A stretch of DNA of 64,000 nt from a virus (taxonomy: Duplodnaviria > Caudoviricetes): the IMG/VR virus record IMGVR_UViG_2595698964_000001, positions 79,987 to 143,986 of that record; one strand, given 5' to 3'. A model generated the notes under the pieces. It made no database searches. It had not been told where the DNA came from and saw only the letters and a list, made by a program, of their open reading frames with translations. Made by a program: the position numbers and the translations under genes. Of this stretch, positions 10,201-19,955 are shown one piece after another. Within the stretch, counting starts at the first letter, position 1, and each line of letters begins with the position of its first letter.

Positions 10201-11771
10201 AGATAAAACTAAATGGGGACGTTAATGTCGGGGGTTTTTCAAACTATGTACAAGACCCTGACTGCGAAAAAGCTTTATCTCTGAACTGGACAGTAACGTC
10301 GACAGGTTCAGGAGGATTTTCATACGCAGTCCTGCCGACAAACGATGTACCGCCGGCAGGTGAACCAAACTTTCCCCCGCCAACCAGATATGGAATAAAA
10401 TTACAAGTCAACGAGAAGAAGCTTTACGAAATGAAACAGCCAAAGTTTGATGTTGAGCCGGGAACTCCATTGGCTATTAGCTGTTACACTTATAAAAAGC
10501 TAAATGAAACGGCCATATATTCCGGATGGTTTGCGGTTAACTTTTACAACGCAAGAGGTTCATTACTGCAAGACGAGTTTTATGTACCATTGAGAGGGAA
10601 CGACGACGAACCTTTATGGTCACTAGTAAGAGCCGAGATGAAAGTTCCGGCAACAGCTGCGAAAGCAGAAGTGTATATAAGGTTCAAACCACTAGCAGAT
10701 GAGGAGTACCCATTAACTTACTATATTGGTAGTCCAAAGGTTTCTAAACCCGGTACGATGGATGTTGACTCTATATACTCTTATCTAGTTTACTCTCAAC
10801 GTGTTACAGTTAACAAAACGCTAGATTTTGGGTACAGAGGTAACATAAAACAACAAGGTTACTTAGCGCCTTATGGAGACATAAAGATGCAAGATGGAGT
10901 GTTGACTTCTACAAAGAGTGACTACAAGTTGCACATCGGTAACGGGCATATCTCTGCTGTTAAGTACTATGACATTGATAGCGATTCCTTGAATCCGAGG
11001 ATGATACTAGACGCTGTTGGACTACACGCGTTCTCGTCAGGCAGCAATAAGAACGCTATGTTTTCAACTGATGGGAATCTGGAGATGTATCGCGACGCGG
11101 CGATAGTTTTCAAATCTTCACCGTCTAGTATGACTTTTAACAAATATGGGAACTTGACTCCAACAACACCTAGCAGCGCTTCTGCAACAGCAAGTTGGAA
11201 CGTTGGTCACGTAAATGGTGGGAATGTAATCAAAGCTTTCTTCGGTTCAAGCGGAGGAAGTAATAACGCTTATGGAATTCAACTTATCCCGGGAGGGTCA
11301 GGTAACGGATTTGAGTTCGTAAATCTCGACAGCACGAACATCGGCATGAAAGGTCCAAACCAGATTATTAAGTTTCTAGGCAGGAGCAGTACAACACAGT
11401 TTAGAAACAGGGCTGACTCTGACTACGCCTCAATAACTGTCGGAGGATTAACGAACCACTCGTATCGAGACTCAAAGACAGGGATTGAAAAATCTACTAT
11501 GAACGCGTCAGATATTATTAAAAACCTCATTGTAAGGGAGTACTACAAAGGGTCAGACTTAGTTGTAAAAGACGAATGTGGAAACGATTTATATTGTGAG
11601 TTACCTGACTCTACAGTGTTGTTGTCACCCAAGAAGCAGATTGGGTTGATCTGGGACGAAGCTGCGGATTGTATACGAAACCCAGATGGAATTGATTTAT
11701 ACAAGTTCTGTACGTTGTTACTAAAGGCGTTACAGGAGACAGATGAAAGACTAACTGCAGGAGGCTTATAA
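7269..11771 (+). CDS. Tail fibre / receptor-binding protein with helical repeats and C-terminal peptidase S74 chaperone-like domain
   Basis: 1500 aa; three AFRDG repeats; AES.I.Q.A..I.LRV repeats; C-terminal S-YRDS-K, IGLIWDE, GIDLY...LLKALQE. Confidence 0.8.
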   Translation: MPQLKLRYNGRWVTIGGGLSGGDTGEIVDYIDQIKKELQNNLEKISTDLNNTDIYIDGAFRDGIITETEAKKIKAYLNTLNTSKVQLDQRFEEIYKNIYLPAFNKEGLVSANNTYQTAYENLHKTILDAIVDGKATEEESNAVDTAFDVYTRALSLLVSALEVSVDAINNAKNKETLDNSKKYTDDLYVPLDERVVKAESEIKTTKEQISLRVTKEEFTQGLNNNLDSAKQYSDTQKKALETDLSTLRGDLQETDEYINGAFRDGIVYDSEKIQIEGYLNTIKTSKSQYDNRYQSVHDNSYLPETPKLNLESAKTDYDTKYNMLVLAITNAIDDQLADDDETAKVNAAFDAYNQALALLTLSLEVAIDAISKAKAEEARKLAEGYADELKQGLDKDIANVQQSIKETDDYITHAFRDGLVSETEAKRIEGYLLGLAQNHQAIMERYTEIYENPMLAGTAKTDLYQKQTDYATAYDSLVTTINDATSDGQTTAEESNNVQLKFYDYNNRFKELTKAIETAIDFISTSKANKSEENSKDYTDGKVTPIETRLTTAESNITQNAKEISLRVKEETYNQGMQLVDGIDTRLKSAESTIVQHADAISQRVTIENFDTKAKQLQLDADNARKAADAAQQTADAAKSGVDDAVKSISDLTSDNKLSQSEKTEAKREWEAIKAEKITLEKQATDYGITTAKTNYIAAYNSLEAFLTPLIADLSTISDVDGETFRAKFKAYYDTRSTLLQAIASASKKQSDDLDTRLTNLKYVNANILAGSMFGEGDVLPIDSGTVVRVQPNDGDVNSLQVKQYSPSSAVYGFKTTRQTTEFKTGTVYTLSMQVAIGDVTKLDEIYIKSAEGGSQKLPSIPITWSDTAYRTVTLTFTSNISTSRGYIQVATADLSSTRIEYFYIKKLKIEEGGVATPYIPSGADTGTLGSQVAKAESEIKQNAEQIQLRVSKTDFNGKNVVSMINQTADEVLIEASKIKLNGDVNVGGFSNYVQDPDCEKALSLNWTVTSTGSGGFSYAVLPTNDVPPAGEPNFPPPTRYGIKLQVNEKKLYEMKQPKFDVEPGTPLAISCYTYKKLNETAIYSGWFAVNFYNARGSLLQDEFYVPLRGNDDEPLWSLVRAEMKVPATAAKAEVYIRFKPLADEEYPLTYYIGSPKVSKPGTMDVDSIYSYLVYSQRVTVNKTLDFGYRGNIKQQGYLAPYGDIKMQDGVLTSTKSDYKLHIGNGHISAVKYYDIDSDSLNPRMILDAVGLHAFSSGSNKNAMFSTDGNLEMYRDAAIVFKSSPSSMTFNKYGNLTPTTPSSASATASWNVGHVNGGNVIKAFFGSSGGSNNAYGIQLIPGGSGNGFEFVNLDSTNIGMKGPNQIIKFLGRSSTTQFRNRADSDYASITVGGLTNHSYRDSKTGIEKSTMNASDIIKNLIVREYYKGSDLVVKDECGNDLYCELPDSTVLLSPKKQIGLIWDEAADCIRNPDGIDLYKFCTLLLKALQETDERLTAGGL

Positions 11772-11772
11772 A

Positions 11773-11988
11773 ATGTCAGAAAACAAAAGACAGATCACCT
11801 ATTTAGAACTAACAACGAAGGAAACAATGACCGGACTGTTTCTTGATAATGTTGAGTACCAAGCTAGAATTAGGGAGCTTACAGATTTAGTTCAACAGAC
11901 ACAAATGGAGTTACAAGACGCGAGAAGAGAGCTTAAAGAGCTTAAAGAAGCCAAGACAGAGATAGAAGACACAGAGAAGGCTAAATAA
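11773..11988 (+). CDS. Small coiled-coil protein, possible fibre chaperone
   Basis: Directly after the fibre gene; heptad pattern. Confidence 0.55.
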   Translation: MSENKRQITYLELTTKETMTGLFLDNVEYQARIRELTDLVQQTQMELQDARRELKELKEAKTEIEDTEKAK

Positions 11989-12074
11989 CCCATTTTAGCA
12001 CATTAGAATCGGGTTTAAATCTCTTACTAGTATAGTTTATCATAAACTTACTTAAATCGTATAGAACTTGCGAG

Positions 12075-12101
12075 AGAGCCCTTATTTTGAGGGCTCTTTT
12101 T
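12075..12101 (+). terminator. Intrinsic terminator closing the structural module
   Basis: AGAGCCCTT-ATTTT-GAGGGCTCT followed by T run. Confidence 0.85.
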
Positions 12102-12250
12102 CCATGCGTAATTTTTACGTCAGAATACATAAATGTATATAACATATAATACAAGTATTTATATAAATATATGCAGAGATTCGTGTCAGTTCTCTAGCAT
12201 ATAATTTTAGTTTAGTATTTGCTCCGCAAATATGTCTCTACATAGAGACT

Positions 12251-12280
12251 GGCGTAAACTTTGAATTTTTCGCTTTCCTT
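12251..12280 (+). promoter_or_regulatory. Phage middle-type promoter (helicase operon)
   Basis: GGCGT-aaactttg-N10-TTTCCTT; one of 12 copies of the motif. Confidence 0.65.
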
Positions 12281-12294
12281 AATGCTAGGAGGCG

Positions 12295-14013
12295 ATGTAT
12301 TTGAAAATTGTAGTAGACAATAATTATTCAAAGATAACGGATGTAACAACCAAGGGTAACAGAGACCTTCTGCTAACCTCTATTGACGACGAGCTTGCTG
12401 TAAGGTCTCCCGGTTACTTCTTTAGTCCTGCGTTTAAGTCTGGGAGGTGGGATGGGTTTATCAGATTCTATGATAGGAGAACTAGAACTTTCCCGACTGG
12501 ACTACTTGATAGTGTGTTATCTATATTCGCAGAGGCGGGTATTGAATTTGAGATCGACGACAACAGGACTGTGTACGAGTTTGACTTCCCAGAAGAGATA
12601 AAGCTTATGGAACCTTCTGTCGAAGAGGGCTATATTACCCTTCGTGACTATCAGTACGAGGCTGTTGTTGAGACTCTGAAGAAGCGAAGAGGAGTTGTAA
12701 ACGTTGCGACTAACGGCGGGAAAACTGAGATAGCGTCAGGTATAATCCAACAACTCTTACCAAAGATGAAACCAAAACAACGCATTCTGTTTGTAACACA
12801 TAACAAGGAAATCTTTCATCAGTCTGCTGCTCGTATTGAAAAGCGGCTTGGGATAAAGGTCGGTAAGGTTGGGGATGGCATTTGGGATTTACGTCCTGTT
12901 ACCCTTGTAATGATCCCTACAATCTCTAGGTATGTTACTAAATCGAAAAGTAAAAAGAAGTCAAAGCCTATCACCTATACGGGAGAAATGAAAGCAATAA
13001 AGAGAATATTTGATGTAATCGAGGATGATGAACCGAGAGGAAAAGAGCTAGATAAGCTTGTCTCGTTGTTCCAAGGGGAAAACTCGAGAGACGCCCAAGA
13101 AGCGGCGGAGATTTTGTATAACGTTCGTGAAAAGAAGACGACGTTTAAGAAGTTACGAAAGGCTCTTGAAAAATACGAGAGCAAAAAGAGAGGAAAGAGC
13201 GATGAGAAGAAACAAGAAGTCTTAGACCTTCTGGAGAGCGCTGTTTGTTTCATAGGGGATGAATTCCACCACTCCGTGTCCGATACTTGGTATCAGTCGT
13301 TAATGTTATGTAAAAACGCTGTGTTCCGGATAGGGTTAACAGGGACTGTTGACAAGAAGGACGAGCTTAACTATATGCGAATCCTGAGTTGTACAGGGGA
13401 GATCACGACTAAAATCTCAAATGAGTTCCTGATAAGTCGCGGGTTCAGCGCGAAACCTACTATCCATCTTTCAAAAATTGAGACACCAGTAATACCGGAA
13501 CAAGTTGGTTGGCAAGAAGCCTACAGAATTGGAATAACTGAGAACGAATATCGTAACAAAGTGATCGCTAACAAAGTAGCTAGTAAGTACAAAGAGGGTA
13601 AGGGTTGTTTAATCATAACAAACCATATTAACCACGGGCAGACTATTTTGGACTTACTAAAAGAGCTTGATGTTGAGGCTGAGTTTACTAATGGACAAAG
13701 AAGTTCGGAAGACCGAGAAGCGTTCCTTCAGCGGATGCGTGATGGGGAGCTTCGAGTATTGATAGCGACTTCAATTCTTGATGAGGGCGTAGACATCTCG
13801 GGAATTAACTGTGTCTGGATGGCTGCTGGAGGGAAGTCGTATCGTCAAACACTTCAACGTGTTGGTCGTGGACTCCGAAAAAAGGAAGACGGGAGTGGAC
13901 TGGAAGTATATGATTTTCTAGACTTTACCCACTCAATCCTTACTAAACACACTCAGGAGAGATACACCTATTATAAAGATGAGGGTTTTGAAATTAAGAG
14001 AGACAATGATTAA
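12295..14013 (+). CDS. SF2 DNA helicase (UvsW-like)
   Basis: LRDYQ, ATNGGKT, DEFHH, GLTGT, EGVDI, QRVGRGLR motifs. Confidence 0.92.
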   Translation: MYLKIVVDNNYSKITDVTTKGNRDLLLTSIDDELAVRSPGYFFSPAFKSGRWDGFIRFYDRRTRTFPTGLLDSVLSIFAEAGIEFEIDDNRTVYEFDFPEEIKLMEPSVEEGYITLRDYQYEAVVETLKKRRGVVNVATNGGKTEIASGIIQQLLPKMKPKQRILFVTHNKEIFHQSAARIEKRLGIKVGKVGDGIWDLRPVTLVMIPTISRYVTKSKSKKKSKPITYTGEMKAIKRIFDVIEDDEPRGKELDKLVSLFQGENSRDAQEAAEILYNVREKKTTFKKLRKALEKYESKKRGKSDEKKQEVLDLLESAVCFIGDEFHHSVSDTWYQSLMLCKNAVFRIGLTGTVDKKDELNYMRILSCTGEITTKISNEFLISRGFSAKPTIHLSKIETPVIPEQVGWQEAYRIGITENEYRNKVIANKVASKYKEGKGCLIITNHINHGQTILDLLKELDVEAEFTNGQRSSEDREAFLQRMRDGELRVLIATSILDEGVDISGINCVWMAAGGKSYRQTLQRVGRGLRKKEDGSGLEVYDFLDFTHSILTKHTQERYTYYKDEGFEIKRDND

Positions 14014-14021
14014 CAAAATTT

Positions 14022-14090
14022 TTATTTTCCACGTCAACCTAGTTGGTAAGCTGTTTCAACTCCTGCGGCTAGAAATGACGTGGAAAATAA
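14022..14090 (+). repeat. Long intergenic stem-loop (15-bp perfect inverted repeat plus inner stem)
   Basis: TTATTTTCCACGTCA (14022-14036) / TGACGTGGAAAATAA (14076-14090); inner CTAGTTG/CGGCTAG pairs with G-U. Confidence 0.8.
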
Positions 14091-14143
14091 TTAGTTGTGT
14101 TTAGCTTATTTTAATGTGTACGTAAATCGTAGGAGGAATTAAT

Positions 14144-15364
14144 TTGAACTTAGTTGAAAGGATAGAGGACTTTGGAAAAGATACTGTTGTTGTTCCAGAT
14201 TCCGTTTGGGAGTGCGAAGACTTACTGCCCATAGACATAAAGGTTTACAAGATAATACTAGCCTACAGTAAGCTGGCGTTGTCGTTAGGAGGTAAACTTA
14301 CTAAGAAAGGTCAACCTATAGTTAATGTGTCTCAAAAGACGCTTGCGGAGCGGGTACGGACGACTGTAAAAACTCTTCAGTCTAGTTTGGAAAGACTCGT
14401 TAGTGTTGGATTGATAGAGGTTCAAAGATTCCGGACAGTTAATAAAAACAATAACATAATGCTAATTGGAGATTTCTACGGAATAGACACCGAGAACCCG
14501 GGAATTGAAACCAAAGAAGAACGTCCTGTTAAGATAGCTGATAAGTCAGTAAAACCAAAATTGTTGGGTGATGATGAAGTGACAGTTACTAAGCGTTTTG
14601 ACCCTGAAAAATACAAGAACAAACTCCGTAGTATTGGAGGTAAGACAAGAGAAGAACAGGAGATAATAGAGATTGCAAAGCACTATGACATGCTCGCGAG
14701 AAAGGTTCTCAAAACAAGCGGTTATAGATCATTGTCTATTAAAGAGCCTCAAAAGCATAAGAACTGGCCAAAGTTTGAAAAGTATCGGGCGTTTTGTATA
14801 GAGAAAGACTTTGATGCTCTGGTGTTCCTTGACGTACAATTTGAGAGGGCTACGAATCATTGGAAAGGTAGCAAATTCAAATTTCCGTTACCTCATATGC
14901 TTTGTTCCTCGGGAGCGGAGAAGTATTTTGTAAATTGGGTCAAAGAACAAGAGGAGAAGTATGGAAAAGATGTACGAAAGTCTAAGAAGCTGAAAGCAAA
15001 GAAAACAGAGAGTTTGAAAACGCAAGTTATACGGGGAATTGTCCAGACCTGCGAAAAGATGTCTAGACACTTTGAAAACGTCAAAGGAAAGCAAGAACGT
15101 GAGGAGACGAAGGTATTAAAAATAACAGAGTATTGGATGTCTTACTCTTCTGCCTATTTGTACTCAGTTCCTTGGTTTAGAGACTACCTAGAGGAACTGT
15201 TGGGTGAGTCGAACCCGCACCCTCGTCTACTAGAAGTAAAAGACGATTTCAGCCTATACGACAAAAATAAAAGAATACAAACTGTAATTTCAAAAACTGT
15301 TGATATGTCTGAGAAGGAGTTTGGTATCCCAGCTAACTTAGATTTGACTGAGTATGAGGAGTAA
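14144..15364 (+). CDS. Winged-helix DNA-binding / replication initiator-like protein
   Basis: SQKTLAERVRTTVKTLQSSLERLVSVGLIEV wHTH pattern; lies between the two helicases; strong RBS AGGAGG with TTG start. Confidence 0.7.
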   Translation: MNLVERIEDFGKDTVVVPDSVWECEDLLPIDIKVYKIILAYSKLALSLGGKLTKKGQPIVNVSQKTLAERVRTTVKTLQSSLERLVSVGLIEVQRFRTVNKNNNIMLIGDFYGIDTENPGIETKEERPVKIADKSVKPKLLGDDEVTVTKRFDPEKYKNKLRSIGGKTREEQEIIEIAKHYDMLARKVLKTSGYRSLSIKEPQKHKNWPKFEKYRAFCIEKDFDALVFLDVQFERATNHWKGSKFKFPLPHMLCSSGAEKYFVNWVKEQEEKYGKDVRKSKKLKAKKTESLKTQVIRGIVQTCEKMSRHFENVKGKQEREETKVLKITEYWMSYSSAYLYSVPWFRDYLEELLGESNPHPRLLEVKDDFSLYDKNKRIQTVISKTVDMSEKEFGIPANLDLTEYEE

Positions 15365-15387
15365 GTTTGTAAATATTGGCTTTATTA
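15358..15387 (+). promoter_or_regulatory. Phage middle-type promoter
   Basis: GGAGT-N18-TTTATTA. Confidence 0.65.
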
Positions 15388-15410
15388 TTTGTGTGATTTA
15401 GAAGGGAGGA

Positions 15411-16874
15411 GTGAAGAGATTGGCAGATGTGTATGACTTTAGTGGTTCTTTCCAGACAAAGATACTTGCTTTGCTTTGGAGGGACTCCTCTTTCTTTACT
15501 TTATATAGCGAGACAGTAAAACCGCAGTATTTTGAATCCGAGATCCATATTGATCTAGCTAGAATAATTTTCACTCACTATGAGAAATATGAAGAACCGC
15601 CTTCTATGGAGGCTATGGAGGAAGAAGTAAGAACGCTAGTTGGGTCATCAAAGATAAAATCTAAAAAATCTGACGAGTATTACTCGGAAGTTAATAAGCT
15701 CGTAGAGGCTAACCTTAACGACATGTCGTATGTTCGCGATAAGGTTATAGAGTTTGGTAAGCGACAAGCGGTTACTCAGGCAATCCTTGACTCGATTGAT
15801 GATGTTAAAGCAGGGAAGAACTATGACAAAGTTGAGGAGCGTATTAAGTCAGCGACGCAGGTCGGAGAGGACATAGGTGACCATGGTACTGACTACTTCA
15901 GCGAAGAATCAATTGACGCTCGATTAGAAGAAACTTACGAAAAGAGTGAAGACCTCGAAAAGATACCGACCGGAATCGAACTTCTGGATAGAGTTATGGG
16001 CGGCGGCTTAGGTCGTAAAGAACTTGGAATTGTTATCGCGCCTCCGGGAACAGGTAAGACTCTTACTCTAATTAACATAGGGGCTAGCGCTATAAACAAT
16101 AACAAGAACGTACTCCACCTCTCTTTTGAGATGTCAGAGGAGAAGGTTGCCCAGCGTTATGATATGAAGTTCTTGAACAGATCTAAGGACGCGATTAAAG
16201 GGAATCTTAAAAAGGTGTCAAAAGCTCTTAAAATGCTAGGTAACGCCCGCAAAGGAAAACTCATAATAAAAGAGTTTCCCACTAGAACTTGTACGCCTGA
16301 TACGGTTAGAGCGTTAGTTACAAAACTTCGTATTTCAAAAGGTTTCGTTCCTGATCTTATTATCCTAGATTATCCAGATATTATGAAGCCATCTCGGACT
16401 TACGGGGAGCGTAGACATGAGCTTGAGATGCTCTATGAAGATGTCCGCGCGTTAGGTTCTATCTTTGACTGCGCTGTTTGGGGCGCGTCTCAAACGAACA
16501 GGAGCGCGCTAGATAAGAAAGTCGTTACGATTGCTGACCTAGCAGAATCGTTTGGTAAAGCTGCGGTCGCCGACTTTATGATTGCGTTGTCTCAAACGAA
16601 AAAGGAGAAAAAGCTTGGTCAAGTACGGTACTATATTGCGAAACACCGTAATGGTACGGACGGAGAAACAATACATTGTGATATTTGGTACGAGAAGATG
16701 ACGGTACAGTCTAACGAAGAACGTGAATCTGCTTTCGATATGGAAGATGACGAGGACGACATTGAAGAAAACAAACCTAAAAAGAAAACTTTCTCAGGTA
16801 AACGTGGAAAAAAGAAAGATAATGATGGTAGCGAAGTTGCTAATGCTATTATGAATGAGATGAATGGAGTGTAA
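15411..16874 (+). CDS. DnaB-like replicative helicase
   Basis: IPTG, APPGTGKT Walker A, SFEMS, IILDY, ASQTNR, KHRNG. Confidence 0.92.
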   Translation: MKRLADVYDFSGSFQTKILALLWRDSSFFTLYSETVKPQYFESEIHIDLARIIFTHYEKYEEPPSMEAMEEEVRTLVGSSKIKSKKSDEYYSEVNKLVEANLNDMSYVRDKVIEFGKRQAVTQAILDSIDDVKAGKNYDKVEERIKSATQVGEDIGDHGTDYFSEESIDARLEETYEKSEDLEKIPTGIELLDRVMGGGLGRKELGIVIAPPGTGKTLTLINIGASAINNNKNVLHLSFEMSEEKVAQRYDMKFLNRSKDAIKGNLKKVSKALKMLGNARKGKLIIKEFPTRTCTPDTVRALVTKLRISKGFVPDLIILDYPDIMKPSRTYGERRHELEMLYEDVRALGSIFDCAVWGASQTNRSALDKKVVTIADLAESFGKAAVADFMIALSQTKKEKKLGQVRYYIAKHRNGTDGETIHCDIWYEKMTVQSNEERESAFDMEDDEDDIEENKPKKKTFSGKRGKKKDNDGSEVANAIMNEMNGV

Positions 16875-16877
16875 TAT

Positions 16878-17936
16878 ATGAGACTTGTAGCGTTTGGAGA
16901 CTTACATGCTCACGATTTTGCTGAGTTTGCGGAACCTCACGAGAAATACGCGAATACTAGACTAAAGGCTATTGTAGATGTTTTAGAGAACATGATAGAC
17001 TACTGTAAACAAGAGGGCATCGAGTATGTCCTTTTCGCTGGAGACTTGTTTCATAAGCGCGTTCTTGTAGACACAAGGGTTAAAAATATAATTTATGACG
17101 TAGTAGCGGAATCAGGGTTACAATGGATTATGATACCCGGAAACCATGATCAGGTCGATAACTCTGATTACCCTCAACATTCCCTTCATACGTTTAAGGA
17201 TATTAGCGGTGTTGTTGTACTCGACAGATTCGCGTCTTATACGCTGCTTACTCCTCCGGGAGAAGATGATGTTAAGATATTCCCTTCGCCTTACTCTAAA
17301 AATACTGCGATGGTTAAGGACAACTTGGCTGGTTACATAAATGAAATTAAGCAGGATAAGGAAGAAGGAGCAGATTATTGTAACATCCTACTTGGACATG
17401 CCGGTATAAGTGGGGCTACAGTAGGTAAATCGAGGTACGCTATGCAAGACGCCTTCGGGATTAATGATTTCTACCCAGACGTGTTTAACTTTGGTGTTTT
17501 CGGTCACTACCACCGGAGACAAAGATTAGACCATTATGAGACATTTGCCTATACGGGTTCACCGTTACAGCATAACTTTAATGATGAAGGACAATCGAAT
17601 GGCTTTTTACTTCTTGACACTGTAACAGGAGACTTAGACTTTGTTGATGTCCTGTCGCCTAAATTTATAACTGTTAAGACGAAAAACTATGATCCTGACG
17701 ACTTGAGAGGAAATTATGTGAGGTTTCAAATTCCCGCGGACGAGGTTGAAAGCCTCGCAGAAGAGCTCCCGGAAGAGTTACATCACCGAATCGAGCCTCA
17801 AAAAGAGTTTAAAGAAGAGAAGCGTGTTGATGTAGACCACTCTATGTCATCGTCAGAGGTTGTTAAGACTTACTGCGATCAATTCAACCCAGAGGCTACG
17901 TCAGTTTTGTTAGACATACTTAGCGAGGTGGAATAA
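16878..17936 (+). CDS. SbcD/Mre11-like nuclease
   Basis: GDLH, AGDLFH, PGNHD, GHYH, YTGSP metallophosphoesterase motifs. Confidence 0.92.
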   Translation: MRLVAFGDLHAHDFAEFAEPHEKYANTRLKAIVDVLENMIDYCKQEGIEYVLFAGDLFHKRVLVDTRVKNIIYDVVAESGLQWIMIPGNHDQVDNSDYPQHSLHTFKDISGVVVLDRFASYTLLTPPGEDDVKIFPSPYSKNTAMVKDNLAGYINEIKQDKEEGADYCNILLGHAGISGATVGKSRYAMQDAFGINDFYPDVFNFGVFGHYHRRQRLDHYETFAYTGSPLQHNFNDEGQSNGFLLLDTVTGDLDFVDVLSPKFITVKTKNYDPDDLRGNYVRFQIPADEVESLAEELPEELHHRIEPQKEFKEEKRVDVDHSMSSSEVVKTYCDQFNPEATSVLLDILSEVE

Positions 17937-19939
17937 TGAGACTTTTGAAAGTTGAGCTTCAAAACTTTATGTCTGTTAGATCAACTTCTGTGGTTTTAGA
18001 GAACCAAGGGTTGTTGCTACTCCAAGGTAGAAATAATGACGCTCCAGAGTTCGAATCAAATGGAGCAGGAAAGTCTACCATATTTGAAGCGATTATTTAC
18101 GCTATCTATGAAAAGTCCCTACGTGGGCTGTCTCCGAATGAGCTTGTTAACAACGAGGTTGGACGTAATATGATTGTACGGCTAGACGTTGAAGGTGATG
18201 ACAAACAGCTGTATAAAATTGTAAGGTATCGTAAACACCGAGAACATAAGAATAACTCTTACGTGTTCCAGCAAGGAGTCAACATAACTCCAAAGAGTAC
18301 AAAAGATGTTAACAAGTTCATAGAAGACCTTTTTAGAATTGACTATTCAACGTTCACTAACTCGATACTATTTGGTAGCGGTATGGTGAAGACGTTTACT
18401 GCGGCTTCTGACGCTGAGAAAAAGTCAATACTTGAGAATATGCTACAACTCGATGTTTGGCCAAAAGCACAGGAGGTGGCGAAGAAGCGACTCAAAAAAC
18501 AGAAGGAGCTCCTTCAAGAAACTGATACCAAGATTCAAAAAATAGTGACCTCGATAGAGGAGGCAGAAACAACCGTAACCTTTTTGAAAGAAAAGCAGAA
18601 GGAAGAACTTCAAGATCGTGCGGAAACACTTAAGCGACTCAAAAAAGAACTAAAAGAGCTGAAGAAAGAAACGACTCTGGAGATTAAGAAAGTTGAGAAG
18701 GCTTTGGAAGCGAAAGAAAAAGAGCTTACAATGTCTTCTGCGGATGAGACGGATGAGGAAGAAACCCTTGAAAAATATGAGAAGACACTAACGTTGATAA
18801 CAAAGAAGGAAACGAAGTTAAAAAAGTCTGAAAAAAGTTATAACAAGGGGCAAGCACGTCTCGAGTCTCTTAAGCTGGAAATGAAGAGAGGAAAGACACA
18901 GATTAAAAAACTGTTAACAGAGAAAGAAAAGATAAAAGAGGGGGAAGGCTCTTCTTGTCCAGTCTGTAAACAAGAGATAACTGTGGAATCTATTGAGGGC
19001 TCATTGAAACATATTGATGCGCAAATTGAAGAGGTTAGTAAAGAGACATCCGAGATTCAGGCAGAAGCGAAACAGCTACTAAAGACCTTGAAGAAGATGG
19101 AGAACAGTCTAGAGGAAGACCGTGAAAAATTGTCAGATAAAAAGCGTGTTGTTCAGGAGAAAATTTATGAAGTTAAGTCTTCTATTAAGGTAAGAGAGAA
19201 AGCTAGAAAGCTTCTTTCTAGGGAAGTTGACTCTCTCAAAGACGACCTCGAAAAACTTTCAGAAGGGAGAGAGTTGAAGCGCCTTAAACAAAGAATAAAA
19301 GAGCTAGAAGAGAGCGAAGACTCTTACAGTGAAGCAATAACCGAAAAACGAGATGAGATAGATGAGAAGAGAAAAAGACTAGAAGAGATTAAGGAAAGCA
19401 CTAAAGAGGGCAGGGAGTTACTTAAGCATCTCGAGTTCGCGGTAGACGCGTTTGGTAACTCTGGTATAAAGTCTTACCTGTTAGACTCTGTGACCCCGTA
19501 TTTGAATACTAAGGCAAACTATTATCTTTCTAAACTATCAGGCAATACGGCTGAGATCGAGTTCTCAACTCAAACGAAGCTAGCTAACGGCGAGGTAAGA
19601 GATAAATTTGAAGTACGTGTTACGAATATGGTTGGAGGCGACTCGTATAAAGCGAACTCGACGGGAGAGAAGAGACGTTTTGATCTTGCGATTTCACTAG
19701 CGCTTCAAGATTTGATTATGTCTCGGTCAAACTCAAAGCTCAACCTGCTGATGTATGACGAGATATTTGATGGGCTCGATGCTGTTGGATGTGAAAACGC
19801 GATTCAGCTACTACATGATATTCAGAAAAACTTCGAGTCTATTTTTGTAATAACTCATAACGATATTCTAAAGTCATACTTTGATAATGTCCTAGAGATA
19901 ACAAAAGAGAATGGACAGACAACAACTAAGCTTTTGTAG
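17936..19939 (+). CDS. SbcC/Rad50-like ATPase
   Basis: NGAGKST, coiled coil with CPVC hook, STGE signature, LMYDE, ITH. Confidence 0.92.
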   Translation: MRLLKVELQNFMSVRSTSVVLENQGLLLLQGRNNDAPEFESNGAGKSTIFEAIIYAIYEKSLRGLSPNELVNNEVGRNMIVRLDVEGDDKQLYKIVRYRKHREHKNNSYVFQQGVNITPKSTKDVNKFIEDLFRIDYSTFTNSILFGSGMVKTFTAASDAEKKSILENMLQLDVWPKAQEVAKKRLKKQKELLQETDTKIQKIVTSIEEAETTVTFLKEKQKEELQDRAETLKRLKKELKELKKETTLEIKKVEKALEAKEKELTMSSADETDEEETLEKYEKTLTLITKKETKLKKSEKSYNKGQARLESLKLEMKRGKTQIKKLLTEKEKIKEGEGSSCPVCKQEITVESIEGSLKHIDAQIEEVSKETSEIQAEAKQLLKTLKKMENSLEEDREKLSDKKRVVQEKIYEVKSSIKVREKARKLLSREVDSLKDDLEKLSEGRELKRLKQRIKELEESEDSYSEAITEKRDEIDEKRKRLEEIKESTKEGRELLKHLEFAVDAFGNSGIKSYLLDSVTPYLNTKANYYLSKLSGNTAEIEFSTQTKLANGEVRDKFEVRVTNMVGGDSYKANSTGEKRRFDLAISLALQDLIMSRSNSKLNLLMYDEIFDGLDAVGCENAIQLLHDIQKNFESIFVITHNDILKSYFDNVLEITKENGQTTTKLL

Positions 19940-19955
19940 GGGAAGAAGGTGAATT

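Noticed and set aside
11995-12070. TTAGAATCG...TTAAATCGTATAGAA spacer resembling intergenic elements I recall from other phages
   Set aside because: Single copy in the window; the resemblance is from memory and cannot be verified here
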